Assembly: GCA_025934435.1 (NCBI GenBank) | Contig: JAICYB010000004.1 | Coordinates: 12,688 to 76,687 of the forward strand | Origin: Actinomycetes bacterium | GTDB lineage: Bacteria; Actinomycetota; JAICYB01 | Direction: 5' to 3' | DNA: 64,000 bases | Shown: one piece after another, positions 9,666-19,441 of the stretch | How the letters are laid out: every line of letters begins with the position of its first letter | Numbering within the stretch: the first letter of the stretch is position 1 | Made by a program: the position numbers and the translations under genes | The notes under the pieces: model-generated | What the model saw: the letters and a program-made list of their open reading frames with translations, nothing else | Databases searched by the model: none | Told to the model about the DNA's origin: nothing

Positions 9666-10207
9666 ACCACCGCACCGAACACGGGTACCCAGATCAACCC
9701 GACCCGCGGCACTTTCACGAACAGCTCGAGCGCGCCGTAGATCCCCGCCGCGAGCACGGTCACGAAGAACGCGGCGGATGTCGCGTCGCTGAACAACCGC
9801 TGTTCTAGCTCGCGCACACGGCGCGAATAGAACAACGCGGTCCCGATCGCGAGGCTAAAGACCAACATGAAACTCACGGCTTCGAGCGCTCCCGACGTCG
9901 CCGTGTGGTGCCCGGCCGACTTATCGAGGACGCCGGCGATGATCCCGGGAGTCACCACAACGGGGATCAGGAGGCCGAGCCACGAACGCTTGTAGAGCGC
10001 ATAGCCGACGAAGGCCAACAAGATCACCCCGCCGACGATCCCTCCGGCGAGCGGATAGCGAGTCACCAGCGGCTCGAAGTGGCCGAGCCGGGCGATGATC
10101 ACCGCGGCGAGCGCTACCCCGCACGCAGCCCCGATGAAGAACGAGATCCGGTTCGAGTCCCGCTCGGACGGCGATGCCTTCTGCTTGCCCTGCCCTTCGT
10201 CCCCCAT
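9623..10207 (-). CDS. paralogous polytopic membrane protein 4
   Basis: C-terminus ...ELEQRLFSDATSAAFF...LEWLFRRRYS. Start is probably MGDEGQGK (ATG ~10207) rather than the track start 10243, because a TTGACA promoter-like hexamer lies inside the extended N-terminus. Confidence 0.45.
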   Translation of the reverse strand: MGDEGQGKQKASPSERDSNRISFFIGAACGVALAAVIIARLGHFEPLVTRYPLAGGIVGGVILLAFVGYALYKRSWLGLLIPVVVTPGIIAGVLDKSAGHHTATSGALEAVSFMLVFSLAIGTALFYSRRVRELEQRLFSDATSAAFFVTVLAAGIYGALELFVKVPRVGLIWVPVFGAVVWATLEWLFRRRYS

Positions 10208-10316
10208 GAACGCGAGAGTAAAGCAGGCTTTACTTCTTGTCAAGGCTCCTTTACGTCAGATCGCGACTTCGGTGCCTCGCCGTAGCAGAGCACCGTTGAA
10301 GCACCGAAGTCAGGGG

Positions 10317-11567
10317 TTAGGCCATCCGGTCGACGATGGCCTGTCCGAATTCGGAGCACTTCACCGGGTCGACCTGCGGCTGCATCAGCCGGGCGAAGTC
10401 GTAGGTCACGACCTTCTCCGCGATCGCGCGCTCGATGCCGTGCTCGATGAGATCGGCGGCGGCGTCCCAGCCCATGTGACGGAACATCATCACCCCGGAC
10501 AGGATCACGCTCGACGGGTTCACCTTGTCCTGGCCCGCGTACTTCGGCGCCGTGCCGTGCGTCGCCTCGAAGATGGCGTGCCCCGTGTCGTAGTTGATGT
10601 TGCCGCCCGGCGCGATGCCGATCCCCCCGACCTGCGCCGCGAGCGCGTCGGACAGGTAGTCGCCGTTCAGGTTCATCGTCGCGATGACGTCGAACTCATC
10701 GGGACGGGTCAGCACCTGTTGCAGCGTGATGTCCGCGATGTTGTCCCACACGAGTATCTGACCCTCGGGTGGTTTGCCGCCGCAGTCGTCCCACGTCACG
10801 GCGCGGCCCTCGAACTCCTTGTGCACGAGCCCGTAGCCCCAGTCACGGAACGCGCCTTCGGTGAACTTCATGATGTTGCCCTTGTGGACGAGGCACACAT
10901 TGCGCCGCTTGTAACGCAAGGCGTATTCGATCGCTGCGCGGACGAGGCGCTCCGTCCCTTCGCGCGACACCGGCTTGATGCCGATCCCCGACGTGTTCGG
11001 GAAACGGATCTTGTTCACGCCCATCTCGTCCTGGAGGAACTTGATCACCTTCTGCGCTTCCGGTGACTCCGCTTCCCACTCGACGCCGGCGTAGATGTCC
11101 TCGGTGTTCTCGCGGAAGATCACCATGTCGACCTTGCCCGGCTCCTTCACCGGCGACGGCACACCCTGGTACCAGCGGACGGGGCGCAGACACACGTACA
11201 GGTCGAGGATCTGGCGGAGCGCGACGTTCAGCGAGCGGATACCGCCGCCGACGGGCGTCGTGAGCGGACCCTTGATGCCGACGAGATAGGTGCGGAACGC
11301 TTCGATCGTGTCGTCCGGCAGCCAGTTTTCGAAGCGGTCGAAGGCGTCCTGTCCGGCGTGCACCTCGAACCAATTGATCTTCTTCTTGCCCCCGAAGGCT
11401 TTCTCGACGGCGGCATCGAAGACGAGCTGCGACGCATGCCAGATGTCCGGACCCGTCCCGTCCCCGCGGATGAACGGCATGATCGGGTCGTCGGGCACCT
11501 GCAGGACGCCGTCCGAGATCGAGATGGTGCCGCCCTGCGCAGGCGGGGTTACGTCTTTGAACGCCAT
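10317..11567 (-). CDS. icd: NADP-dependent isocitrate dehydrogenase
   Basis: 416 aa; full-length match to the prokaryotic dimeric IDH pattern ([34 protein letters not shown]). Confidence 0.95.
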   Translation of the reverse strand: MAFKDVTPPAQGGTISISDGVLQVPDDPIMPFIRGDGTGPDIWHASQLVFDAAVEKAFGGKKKINWFEVHAGQDAFDRFENWLPDDTIEAFRTYLVGIKGPLTTPVGGGIRSLNVALRQILDLYVCLRPVRWYQGVPSPVKEPGKVDMVIFRENTEDIYAGVEWEAESPEAQKVIKFLQDEMGVNKIRFPNTSGIGIKPVSREGTERLVRAAIEYALRYKRRNVCLVHKGNIMKFTEGAFRDWGYGLVHKEFEGRAVTWDDCGGKPPEGQILVWDNIADITLQQVLTRPDEFDVIATMNLNGDYLSDALAAQVGGIGIAPGGNINYDTGHAIFEATHGTAPKYAGQDKVNPSSVILSGVMMFRHMGWDAAADLIEHGIERAIAEKVVTYDFARLMQPQVDPVKCSEFGQAIVDRMA

Positions 11568-11594
11568 GAAGGTCCTCCGGCTAACGTTTCGAGA

Positions 11595-12581
11595 GTGACG
11601 AGCCTAACCGCGCGTGACCTCCGGACGCTCCCGAAGACCGATCTGCATCTGCATTTCCAGGGGTCCGTCCGAATCGCGACGCTCCGCGAATTCGCGGCGA
11701 AGCACGGGACCGAGCTGCCGCCGGGGCTCGAGGGCGACAGCTACTCGTGGAACGACTTCATCGACTTCATCCGTCAGTACGGCATCGTTTGCAGCGCTTT
11801 GCAGGAGCCGGCCGACTTCGCACGCGTCGCGACCGAGATCTGCGAGGACCTCGCACCGCAGGGCGTCCGCTACGCGGAAGTGACGCTTTCGACACGCAGC
11901 AGATCGGACGTCTCCGCCGCGCTCGACGGCTTCGACGAAGGGTTCGACCGGTTCGGTGTCCGCTGCCGCCTCGTGCTCGATCACGTTCGGGGGTTCCCCG
12001 TCGAGTTCGCCGAGCAGACGCTCGACGCGGCGCTCGCGTACAAAGATCGCGGTGTCGTCGCGATCGGCCTCGGCGGGCCGGAACAGGTGCCCGGAGCATC
12101 GGCAGCCCCCGTCTTCAAGAAAGGGATCGACGCCGGCCTCCATTCCGTGCCGCACGCCGGAGAAGCCGCCGGTCCCGAGAGCATCCGGGAAGCGATCGAT
12201 CTTCTCGGGGCGGAACGGATCGGCCACGGCTTCCGCATCCTCGAGGACGAAGCTCTGGTCGACGAGGTCCGCGACCGCGGCATCGCACTCGAGGTCTGTC
12301 CGACGTCGAACGTTGCGCTTCGACTCATCGATTCGCTCGACGCGCACCCGCTTCCGCGCCTCATCGACGCCGGCCTCACGGTCACCTTGAATTCGGACGA
12401 CCCCGCGATGTTCGGTTCGTCCGCCCTCGGCGAATACGAGGCAGCGCGGGGGGCCTTCGGCATGCCGGACGAGGCCCTGGCGGCGCTCGCGCGGGCCGGG
12501 GTCCAAGCCTCGTACGCTGACGAGGACATCAAACGCCAGATGCTCGAAGGCATCGACGCCTGGATCAGGGAGGAAGCGTGA
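11595..12581 (+). CDS. add: adenosine deaminase
   Basis: [13 protein letters not shown] zinc-binding HxH; HAGE and SDDP motifs; GTG start chosen downstream of the divergent icd start. Track ORF 11358..12581 is over-extended. Confidence 0.85.
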   Translation: MTSLTARDLRTLPKTDLHLHFQGSVRIATLREFAAKHGTELPPGLEGDSYSWNDFIDFIRQYGIVCSALQEPADFARVATEICEDLAPQGVRYAEVTLSTRSRSDVSAALDGFDEGFDRFGVRCRLVLDHVRGFPVEFAEQTLDAALAYKDRGVVAIGLGGPEQVPGASAAPVFKKGIDAGLHSVPHAGEAAGPESIREAIDLLGAERIGHGFRILEDEALVDEVRDRGIALEVCPTSNVALRLIDSLDAHPLPRLIDAGLTVTLNSDDPAMFGSSALGEYEAARGAFGMPDEALAALARAGVQASYADEDIKRQMLEGIDAWIREEA

Positions 12582-13567
12582 GCAAGAAACCGGTCAAGGT
12601 CGCGATCAGCGGCGCCAGTGGGAACGTGAGCTACGCGTTGCTCTTCCGGATCGCGTCCGGACAACTCCTCGGGGACGACACACCCGTCGCGTTGCAACTT
12701 CTCGACATCGAGCCCGCGCTCCCCGCGCTCGAGGGCGTCGTGATGGAGCTCGACGACTGCGCGTTCCCACTCCTGCGCTCGGTCGAGATCACCTCCGACG
12801 CGAAAACCGCATTCAACGGCGTGTCGTGGGCGCTGCTCGTCGGGTCGATCCCACGCAAAGAAGGCATGGAGCGCAAGGACCTGCTCACGATCAACGGCGG
12901 CATCTTCGGTCCGTACGGTCAAGCGCTTGCGTCAGCGGCCGCGAGCGACGTACGCATCCTCGTCGTCGGCAATCCGTGCAACACGAACTGCCTCATCGCG
13001 CGCGAGAACGGACGTGACATCCCGGCCGACCGCTGGTTCGCGATGACGCGCCTCGACGAGAATCGGGCCAAGGCGCAGCTCGCGAAGAAGTCCGGAACCG
13101 ACGTGAAGGACGTGACGAACCTCGCCATCTGGGGCAACCACTCGGCGACGCAGTTCCCCGATTTCCAGAACGCGCGCATCGACGGCAAGCGCGCGCCGAA
13201 GGTGATCGACGACGACGCGTGGTTGCAAGGTGAATTCATCGCGACGATCCAGCAACGGGGCGCCGCGATCATCAAGGCGCGCGGACAATCCTCTGCCGCT
13301 TCCGCGGCAAACGCCGCCGTCGACTCCGTCGTGAGCATCTGGCAGAAGACGGACAAGGACGACTGCGTTTCGCTCGCCGTCTGCAGCGACGGCTCGTACG
13401 GCGTTCCCGAAGGGTTGCAGTTCAGCTTCCCGGTGAGGAGTAAAGGCGACTCGTGGAAGATCGTCGACGATTTCACCCACGACGACTTCGCGAAAGAGAA
13501 GATCAAAGTCACGACCCAGGAACTGATCGAAGAGCGTGATGCGGTGAAGGAGCTGCTGCCGGCGTAA
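12578..13567 (+). CDS. mdh: malate dehydrogenase (LDH-like, cytosolic type)
   Basis: [16 protein letters not shown] Rossmann motif; GNPCNTN and IWGNHS catalytic motifs; 329 aa; ATGA overlap with add. Confidence 0.95.
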   Translation: MSKKPVKVAISGASGNVSYALLFRIASGQLLGDDTPVALQLLDIEPALPALEGVVMELDDCAFPLLRSVEITSDAKTAFNGVSWALLVGSIPRKEGMERKDLLTINGGIFGPYGQALASAAASDVRILVVGNPCNTNCLIARENGRDIPADRWFAMTRLDENRAKAQLAKKSGTDVKDVTNLAIWGNHSATQFPDFQNARIDGKRAPKVIDDDAWLQGEFIATIQQRGAAIIKARGQSSAASAANAAVDSVVSIWQKTDKDDCVSLAVCSDGSYGVPEGLQFSFPVRSKGDSWKIVDDFTHDDFAKEKIKVTTQELIEERDAVKELLPA

Positions 13568-13584
13568 CCGAAGAGGAGGCAGAG

Positions 13585-14181
13585 ATGTTCGCACAGGTGA
13601 TCAGAGCCACCGTCAAGGACACCGCCGCGGTCGCCGCGGCGAGCGAGAAGTGGCAGAAGGAACTGAAGCCGGGGGCCAAGGGCTACCTCGGCGTCACCAG
13701 CGGCGCTACGGACGACGGCAAGTCGATCACGATCGTGCGCTTCGAGTCGGCGGAGGCCGCGCAGGCGAACTCGGAGCGCCCGGAGCAGGGCGAGTGGTTC
13801 AACAATGAGCTCGCACCGCACCTGGAGAACGTTTCCTTCTTCAACTGCAGCGAGGTCGACCTCTTCATGGGCGGCGGGGACGATTCCGCCGGCTTCGTCC
13901 AAGTCATGGTGTACAAGCCATCCGATCTCGGCGCGATACGCGATGTCGCGAAGACCTTCGAGAACGTCGCGGGTGAACGCCCGGACATCCTCGGCGGCAT
14001 GATGGTCATCGCCGACGACGGAACGATCTTCGATGCGAATTACTTCACGTCGGAAGCGGACGCCCGAGCGGCCGAGGGTAAACCGATGTCGGACGAAGTG
14101 AAAGCCGCGATGGAGAAGTTCCGCCAGGTCGCCGGCGAAGTCGAGTTCCTCGACCTCAAGAGCCCGGAGCTTCGTTCGTGA
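13585..14181 (+). CDS. hypothetical protein, possibly tandem ABM/Dabb-like ferredoxin-fold halves
   Basis: Two ~95-aa halves with similar beta-alpha-beta patterning; no catalytic motif recognised. Confidence 0.35.
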   Translation: MFAQVIRATVKDTAAVAAASEKWQKELKPGAKGYLGVTSGATDDGKSITIVRFESAEAAQANSERPEQGEWFNNELAPHLENVSFFNCSEVDLFMGGGDDSAGFVQVMVYKPSDLGAIRDVAKTFENVAGERPDILGGMMVIADDGTIFDANYFTSEADARAAEGKPMSDEVKAAMEKFRQVAGEVEFLDLKSPELRS

Positions 14182-14633
14182 CGCTGGCGAAGCTCATGTT
14201 GACCGGACACATCCTGTCCGTCGTCACCTGGGTCGGCGGCGGGATCATGATGCAAGCGCTCGCGGCGCGTGCGCGCGCCGCCGGTCCGGACGACGTCTAC
14301 GGCTTCGCGCAGAGCGCCGCGTGGGCCGGCAACCGCGTGTTCATGCCGGCGTCCGTCGCGACGCTCGCTTTCGGACTGGCGACCGTCGCGACCGAACACT
14401 GGACGTTCAAGCCCCTGTGGATCAAGCTCGGCCTCCTCGGCTGGCTCCTGACCGCGGTGAACGGCGGCGCCGTGCTCGGTCGTCTCTCCCGCAAGATGAA
14501 GAACCTCGGCGCGGAGCGCGGACCGACGGATCCGAGCGTGCAAGCCGCGTCACGGAAGCTGCTCGCGGCGATGAACATCGATCTCGTGATCGTGATCCTC
14601 GTGATCGCCGACATGGTGTTCAAGCCCTCGTAG
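14178..14633 (+). CDS. DUF2269-like integral membrane protein
   Basis: 151 aa with 4 TM helices; ATGA-type overlap with the upstream gene. Confidence 0.5.
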   Translation: MTLAKLMLTGHILSVVTWVGGGIMMQALAARARAAGPDDVYGFAQSAAWAGNRVFMPASVATLAFGLATVATEHWTFKPLWIKLGLLGWLLTAVNGGAVLGRLSRKMKNLGAERGPTDPSVQAASRKLLAAMNIDLVIVILVIADMVFKPS

Positions 14634-15016
14634 TGCGCATCGTCGCGACCGTAGTGAGCGTCTGGATCGCATGGCGCTGGATCGGGTTCTTCGTCGGGAT
14701 CGTGCGTGTGCGCGGCTTCGAGAAAGGCGCGGACCGCCGCGAAGCGCGTCGAAGCGTCATCGCGCGCGGCGCGATCAACGTGTTCCTGTCGGTTGCGGTG
14801 CTCTACCTATGGGCGTCCGTCGAACATCAACAACCGAACGACGTCTTCGTGGGATTCCTCGCCGCGGCGATGATGTGCTCGCTCGCGATCGGCGTCGCCA
14901 CGGCGTTCATGCAGCCACAGGAACGCAACCCGGAAACGCTGAACATCTGCAGCGTCTTCAGACGGAAAGCTCGGCCGCCCGAACCGTATTCCACATCAGC
15001 ATCGTCCGAGTCATAG
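14633..15016 (+). CDS. small hypothetical membrane protein
   Basis: GTG overlapping the previous stop; three hydrophobic helices (VATVVSVWIAWRWIGFFVGIV...). The track ORF 14321..15016 extends upstream in this frame. Confidence 0.3.
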   Translation: MRIVATVVSVWIAWRWIGFFVGIVRVRGFEKGADRREARRSVIARGAINVFLSVAVLYLWASVEHQQPNDVFVGFLAAAMMCSLAIGVATAFMQPQERNPETLNICSVFRRKARPPEPYSTSASSES

Positions 15017-15815
15017 GACCGACGCCGCCGGGAACCGGCGTGATCGCGCGGACCTTCTGCGAAACCGCGTCGAAGTCGACGTCGCCGATGAGCTTGCCCT
15101 CGGCGTTCGCCGTCGTGCCGACGTCGATGACGACACAGTCCTGCGTGACGTGATCGGCCGTGATCATCCCCGGCGAGCCGGCGGCGGCCACGAGGATATC
15201 GGCCGTCAGCGTGTAGCGCGAAAGGTCTTTCGTTCCGGTGTGGCAGAGCGTGACCGTCGCGTTCGCGTCGGCCATCTTCGACGAGAGCAACACCGAGAGC
15301 GGACGACCCACCAGGTTGCTTCGTCCGACGATCACGACGTGTTTGCCTTCGATCTCGTAACCGCTCCGTACGAGCAGCTGCTGCACCCCGTACGGCGTGC
15401 ACGAGATGAAGCGCGGCTGACCGCGCATGAGCATGCCTTGGTTGCGTGAGGTCAGGCCGTCGACGTCTTTGTTCGGGTCGATGCGCTCGAGGAACGCGGG
15501 TTCGTCCAAGTGCTTCGGGATGGGCGTCTGCAGGAGGATGCCGTGGATGGACGGATCCGCGTTCAGCGAATCGATGAGCTCTTCGAGATCGTCCGGCTCG
15601 GTCCCCGGCGGCATCTTGTAGGTGACGGCTTCGATGTCCGTCTTCTGCGCGTCGCTGTTCTTGAGGCGCACGTAGGTCGCGGACGCTGGGTCGTCGCCGA
15701 CGAGGATCACGGCGAGGCCCGGCTGAACTCCCTTGTCACGAAGGACGGCCACGCGGTCCTTGAGTTCCGCGCGGATCTCTTTGGCGACCTTCTTGCCGTC
15801 GATGATCTCGGCCAT
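14958..15815 (-). CDS. folD: bifunctional methylenetetrahydrofolate dehydrogenase / methenyltetrahydrofolate cyclohydrolase
   Basis: 285 aa; conserved motifs IDGKKVA, YVRLKNSDAQ-like region, GRSNLVGRPL, PVPGGVGPMT. Confidence 0.9.
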   Translation of the reverse strand: MAEIIDGKKVAKEIRAELKDRVAVLRDKGVQPGLAVILVGDDPASATYVRLKNSDAQKTDIEAVTYKMPPGTEPDDLEELIDSLNADPSIHGILLQTPIPKHLDEPAFLERIDPNKDVDGLTSRNQGMLMRGQPRFISCTPYGVQQLLVRSGYEIEGKHVVIVGRSNLVGRPLSVLLSSKMADANATVTLCHTGTKDLSRYTLTADILVAAAGSPGMITADHVTQDCVVIDVGTTANAEGKLIGDVDFDAVSQKVRAITPVPGGVGPMTRTMLMWNTVRAAELSV

Positions 15816-15889
15816 GGACCCGTAGCGTACTTCGGGTCGCCGACGCCGGTGAACCGAACGACCGCCTGCGGTGTCGTAACAGATGAGGG

Positions 15890-16360
15890 ATGCACGAAGA
15901 CGAGCGGATAGCGCGGATCGAGCAGTGGGTCGCCGAGTTCCAGCCGGTGATCTACCGCGCCGCCTATCTGATCCTCCGCGACAGATCGGGGGCCGAAGAC
16001 GTGGCGCAAGAGACCTTCATCAGAGCCTTCAAGGCTCTCGACCGGACGGACCCCGGCCACGGTGCGCGCCCATGGCTCTACAAGATCGCGGTCAACACCG
16101 CGCTGAACGAGCTGCGACGCCGGAAGCGTGAATCGTCCGCGTACGCCAAGGTCGGTGAGGCTGCGCCGTCGGAAGCCATCGCGAGTTCCGAAAAGCTCCC
16201 GGACAATCTGCGCGTTGCCGTCATCTGCCGCTACTTCCTCGACCTCTCCGAAGTTGAGATGGGGTCGGTGATCGGCGTGCGGGCGGGCACGGTGAAGTCT
16301 CGTCTCCACCTCGCACGCAAAGCGCTCGCCGGCGATCTCGAGATGGCGGTGGAGCGATGA
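15890..16360 (+). CDS. RNA polymerase sigma-70 factor, ECF subfamily
   Basis: Region 2 (DVAQETFIRAFKAL) and region 4 HTH (LSEVEMGSVIGVRAGTVKSRLHLARKAL); 156 aa. Confidence 0.85.
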   Translation: MHEDERIARIEQWVAEFQPVIYRAAYLILRDRSGAEDVAQETFIRAFKALDRTDPGHGARPWLYKIAVNTALNELRRRKRESSAYAKVGEAAPSEAIASSEKLPDNLRVAVICRYFLDLSEVEMGSVIGVRAGTVKSRLHLARKALAGDLEMAVER

Positions 16361-17430
16361 CGTACGAAACCGACGTGCGGATGGCGCTCGCCGTCATGGC
16401 GCACGAGGTCGATGTTCCGAGCGATCTCGCTGGACGGACCATCGCCGCCCTTCGCGCGATAGAGCCTCGCCAGCGCCCGACGTTCCGGCGCTGGGCGTAC
16501 GTCGCGGTCGCAGGCGCCGCGGCGATCTTGATGCTCGTCATCGGGACGTTCGTTGCGGTGCGGCGCCCGCCGCCGGCAGCTGGGCATTCCCCTCGGACCA
16601 ACCAGTACAGCGCGGCGACCGGTGGAACCACGAATTCCTTCGTCGGGGCCAACAGCGACGCCGGGACGTCCAAGAGCGGCGACGCCGTCGCCGGACAGGT
16701 CGGGGCCGTCGTATCGGGCGGGCGGTCTAGTGCCCCCGCCGCGGTCGCGGGCCCCGCGACGCTCGCTCCGCTCCCGTCAATCGTGAGGACGGCGAGCATC
16801 AGCGTTCGGGTGAAGGACTTCGAGAAGTCGTGGAAGGACGCGACGGACGTCGGCCCGAACGACGGTGGTTACGTCACGAACTCGAACACGTCCGAGTCGG
16901 GTGGCCAGGTCGGCAGCGGCACGATGACGATCCGCGTTCCGAGCGACCGCCTCGAGCGCACGCTTCGCGATCTGCGCGAGCTCGGCACGATGACGGCGCT
17001 CGCGACCAACGGCAACGACGTCACGTCACAGATGACCGATCTCCGCGCGCGACTCCGTGATGCGCAAGCGGAAGAGACGCAGCTCGTGAACCTGATGAAT
17101 CAAGCCGGGAGCCTCGGTGACGTGATCGACATCCGCAACCAGCTGAACGACACGCGCACGGAGGTCGAGAAGCTCCAATCGCAGCTCAACTCGTACCAGG
17201 ACGAGGTCGATTACTCGACGATCACGGCCACGGTCTTCGAGAAGGGGACGCAACCCGGGAAACCGATCCTCGGAACGGGCACGCTCGGTCACGCCGTTCG
17301 AACGTCGGCACACGTCGCGGTCGCCCTCGTCGCAGGCTTGCTCATCCTGCTCGGCGGGTTGCTGCCGCTGGCCGCTCTCGTGCTACTCGGTTGGTTCGTG
17401 GTACGGCGCATACGCGAACGCCGCCCGTAG
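16357..17430 (+). CDS. putative anti-sigma factor / DUF4349 domain membrane protein
   Basis: ATGA-coupled to the ECF sigma gene; single TM after an N-terminal cytoplasmic segment; extracytoplasmic coiled-coil DUF4349-like region and a C-terminal TM. Confidence 0.55.
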   Translation: MTYETDVRMALAVMAHEVDVPSDLAGRTIAALRAIEPRQRPTFRRWAYVAVAGAAAILMLVIGTFVAVRRPPPAAGHSPRTNQYSAATGGTTNSFVGANSDAGTSKSGDAVAGQVGAVVSGGRSSAPAAVAGPATLAPLPSIVRTASISVRVKDFEKSWKDATDVGPNDGGYVTNSNTSESGGQVGSGTMTIRVPSDRLERTLRDLRELGTMTALATNGNDVTSQMTDLRARLRDAQAEETQLVNLMNQAGSLGDVIDIRNQLNDTRTEVEKLQSQLNSYQDEVDYSTITATVFEKGTQPGKPILGTGTLGHAVRTSAHVAVALVAGLLILLGGLLPLAALVLLGWFVVRRIRERRP

Positions 17431-17450
17431 CTCGGTAGTCTCACCGGACC

Positions 17451-18425
17451 GTGCGGATCGTTCTGGCGAATCACTCGAGCTACCCGCGTGTTGCGTCGGC
17501 GGGCGACGGCACTCGGCTGCGGCGCGCGTACGCGAACCGCGAGACGGGCAAGATCACCGGCGCGGACTATGACGAGGTCGCGCGCGACTACACGGCCGAG
17601 ATCGTCAAGGAGCAAGAAGACGCCGGCGTCGAGCTCGTCACCGACGGTCTCGTCACGTGGTACGACCTGATGTCCCGTCCCGCGTCGCGGCTCGGGGGCG
17701 TCACGATCAACGGCCTCGTCCGCTTCTTCGACACGAACACCTACGTGCGGCAACCCGAGGTCGTCGGCGATGTCTCCGGCCAGTTCGGCCTCGCGGACGA
17801 CTTCGCGGCGGCTTCCGAGATCGCGACCGCAGAGCTGAAGGCCGTCGTGACCGGGCCGTATACGCTCGCCCGCCACTCGATCATCAAGACGGACGCCGAT
17901 ATCTCGACAGTCGCCCTCGGCTACGCCGAAGCGCTCCGCCGCGAGCTCGTCGCGCTCGCGAAGGTCGGGGCGCGGGTGGTGCAGATCGATGAACCATCGC
18001 TCCTGAAGTTCCCCGAGGACGCCGAGCTCGTGCGGTCGGTGCTCGGACGCGCGATGGAATCGAAGGGCGACCTCTTCGTCAGCCTCGCGACGTATTTCGG
18101 CGACGCCACGACGATCTACGGTGAACTCCTCAAGATGCCGGTCGACATGATCGCGCTCGACCTCGTCTACGGCGAGCGTTTGATCGAGACGATCCTTCAC
18201 GAAGGAGCGGACAAACCACTCGCGCTCGGTCTCATCGACGGACGGAACACGAAACTCGACGACGTAACGTCGACGGCCGATAGGTTGAAGCGCATCGTCG
18301 ACGCGCTCGACGCGCGCGGCGTGCCCGAGGTGCATCTCCAACCGTCGTGCGGTCTCGAGTTCCTGCCGCGCGACCGCGCGCGACGGAAGCTCGAACGCAT
18401 GCGCGAGATCAAAGAGGCTCTATGA
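17451..18425 (+). CDS. cobalamin-independent methionine synthase (MetE)-like UROD-fold protein, N-domain-like
   Basis: 324 aa; C-terminal SCGLEFLPRDRARRKLERM resembles the MetE C-terminal DCGLKTR tail; lacks the His/Cys zinc-ligand block. Confidence 0.55.
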   Translation: MRIVLANHSSYPRVASAGDGTRLRRAYANRETGKITGADYDEVARDYTAEIVKEQEDAGVELVTDGLVTWYDLMSRPASRLGGVTINGLVRFFDTNTYVRQPEVVGDVSGQFGLADDFAAASEIATAELKAVVTGPYTLARHSIIKTDADISTVALGYAEALRRELVALAKVGARVVQIDEPSLLKFPEDAELVRSVLGRAMESKGDLFVSLATYFGDATTIYGELLKMPVDMIALDLVYGERLIETILHEGADKPLALGLIDGRNTKLDDVTSTADRLKRIVDALDARGVPEVHLQPSCGLEFLPRDRARRKLERMREIKEAL

Positions 18426-19441
18426 GCAAGGGACGGGACAAACTCAAGCAGCTCGGCATCGAGCTCCCGATGCTCCCGATCACGGCGGTCGGGAGCTACG
18501 CGAAGCCGCGCTCGCTCGTGCAGGCGCGCGCGAGGTTCGTCCGAGGCGACATCGACGCTGCCGCGCTGCGGGCCGAGCAAGAAGAAGCGACGGCCATGTG
18601 GATGGGGTTCCAGAACGAGATCGGCGTGGACGTCCCCGTCGACGGTGAGATGTACCGCACGGACATGGTCGAATTCTTCGCCGAGAACATGGACGGCTTC
18701 GAAGTCGGCGACTGGGTCCGCAGCTACGGCAATCGTTACTACCGCAAGCCGATCGTCACCGGCGAGGTGCGCTGGCGCGGTCCGATGACCGTCGACTGGT
18801 GGCGTTTCGCGCAATCACTGACGGACAAACCCGTGAAGGGGATGTTCACCGGCGGGTACACGACGATGGACTGGTCGTTCAACGAGCACTACCCCGATCG
18901 CCGCGCTACCGCCCTCGCGCTCGCGCACGAGTTCCGTAAGGAAGTCGAAGCGCTCGTCGAAGCCGGATGCAAGATCATCCAGGTGGACGAACCCGCGGTA
19001 TCGGTTCGTCCCGACGAGATAGACATCGCCCTCGAAGCCACAGCGATCACCTGCGAAGGCATCGACGCGTACTTCATCACGCACGCGCTCGAGTACGGCT
19101 ACCCGCAAACGGTCTTCCCCGACGTCTTGCATCTCGCCGTCGACAACTTCGACATGGAGTTCGCGAACTCCGACTTCGTCTTCCTCGAAGCACTGAAGGA
19201 CTTCGGCTTCGACAAGGACCTCTCGCTCGGTCTCGTCGACAGCCACACGCACGAGATCGAGTCCGTCGACCTCGTCGCGGAGCGCCTCCGGCGAGCCGTC
19301 GACATCCTCCCGCCCGATACCATCTGGCCCGACCCGGACTGCGGGCTCAAGACGCGGACGGTGGAGGAATCCATGGGCAAGATGCGGGTGATCGCACAGG
19401 CGACGAAGCAGGTGCGGACGGAGCTCGCTTCACGTGGCTGA
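18422..19441 (+). CDS. MetE C-terminal-domain-like methyltransferase
   Basis: Motifs GSYAKP, IQVDEPA, PDCGLKTR; ATGA overlap with the preceding paralogue. The expected HxC zinc-ligand block reads THALEYG (Cys appears replaced by Leu). Confidence 0.65.
   Translation: MSKGRDKLKQLGIELPMLPITAVGSYAKPRSLVQARARFVRGDIDAAALRAEQEEATAMWMGFQNEIGVDVPVDGEMYRTDMVEFFAENMDGFEVGDWVRSYGNRYYRKPIVTGEVRWRGPMTVDWWRFAQSLTDKPVKGMFTGGYTTMDWSFNEHYPDRRATALALAHEFRKEVEALVEAGCKIIQVDEPAVSVRPDEIDIALEATAITCEGIDAYFITHALEYGYPQTVFPDVLHLAVDNFDMEFANSDFVFLEALKDFGFDKDLSLGLVDSHTHEIESVDLVAERLRRAVDILPPDTIWPDPDCGLKTRTVEESMGKMRVIAQATKQVRTELASRG

Noticed and set aside
8275-9675. 466-aa minus-strand ORF
   Set aside because: Over-extension across paralogue 3 in another frame. 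Only the C-terminal ~200-264 aa match the membrane-protein family.
6940-10243. Possibility that the HTH-cyclase plus membrane proteins form a Pycsar/CBASS-like cyclic-nucleotide anti-phage system
   Set aside because: The membrane proteins are entirely TM helices, with no cNMP-binding, TIR, SAVED or other effector/sensor domain. The cyclase is fused to a housekeeping-type XRE HTH. Cyclic-nucleotide signalling remains possible, but a defence assignment is unsupported.
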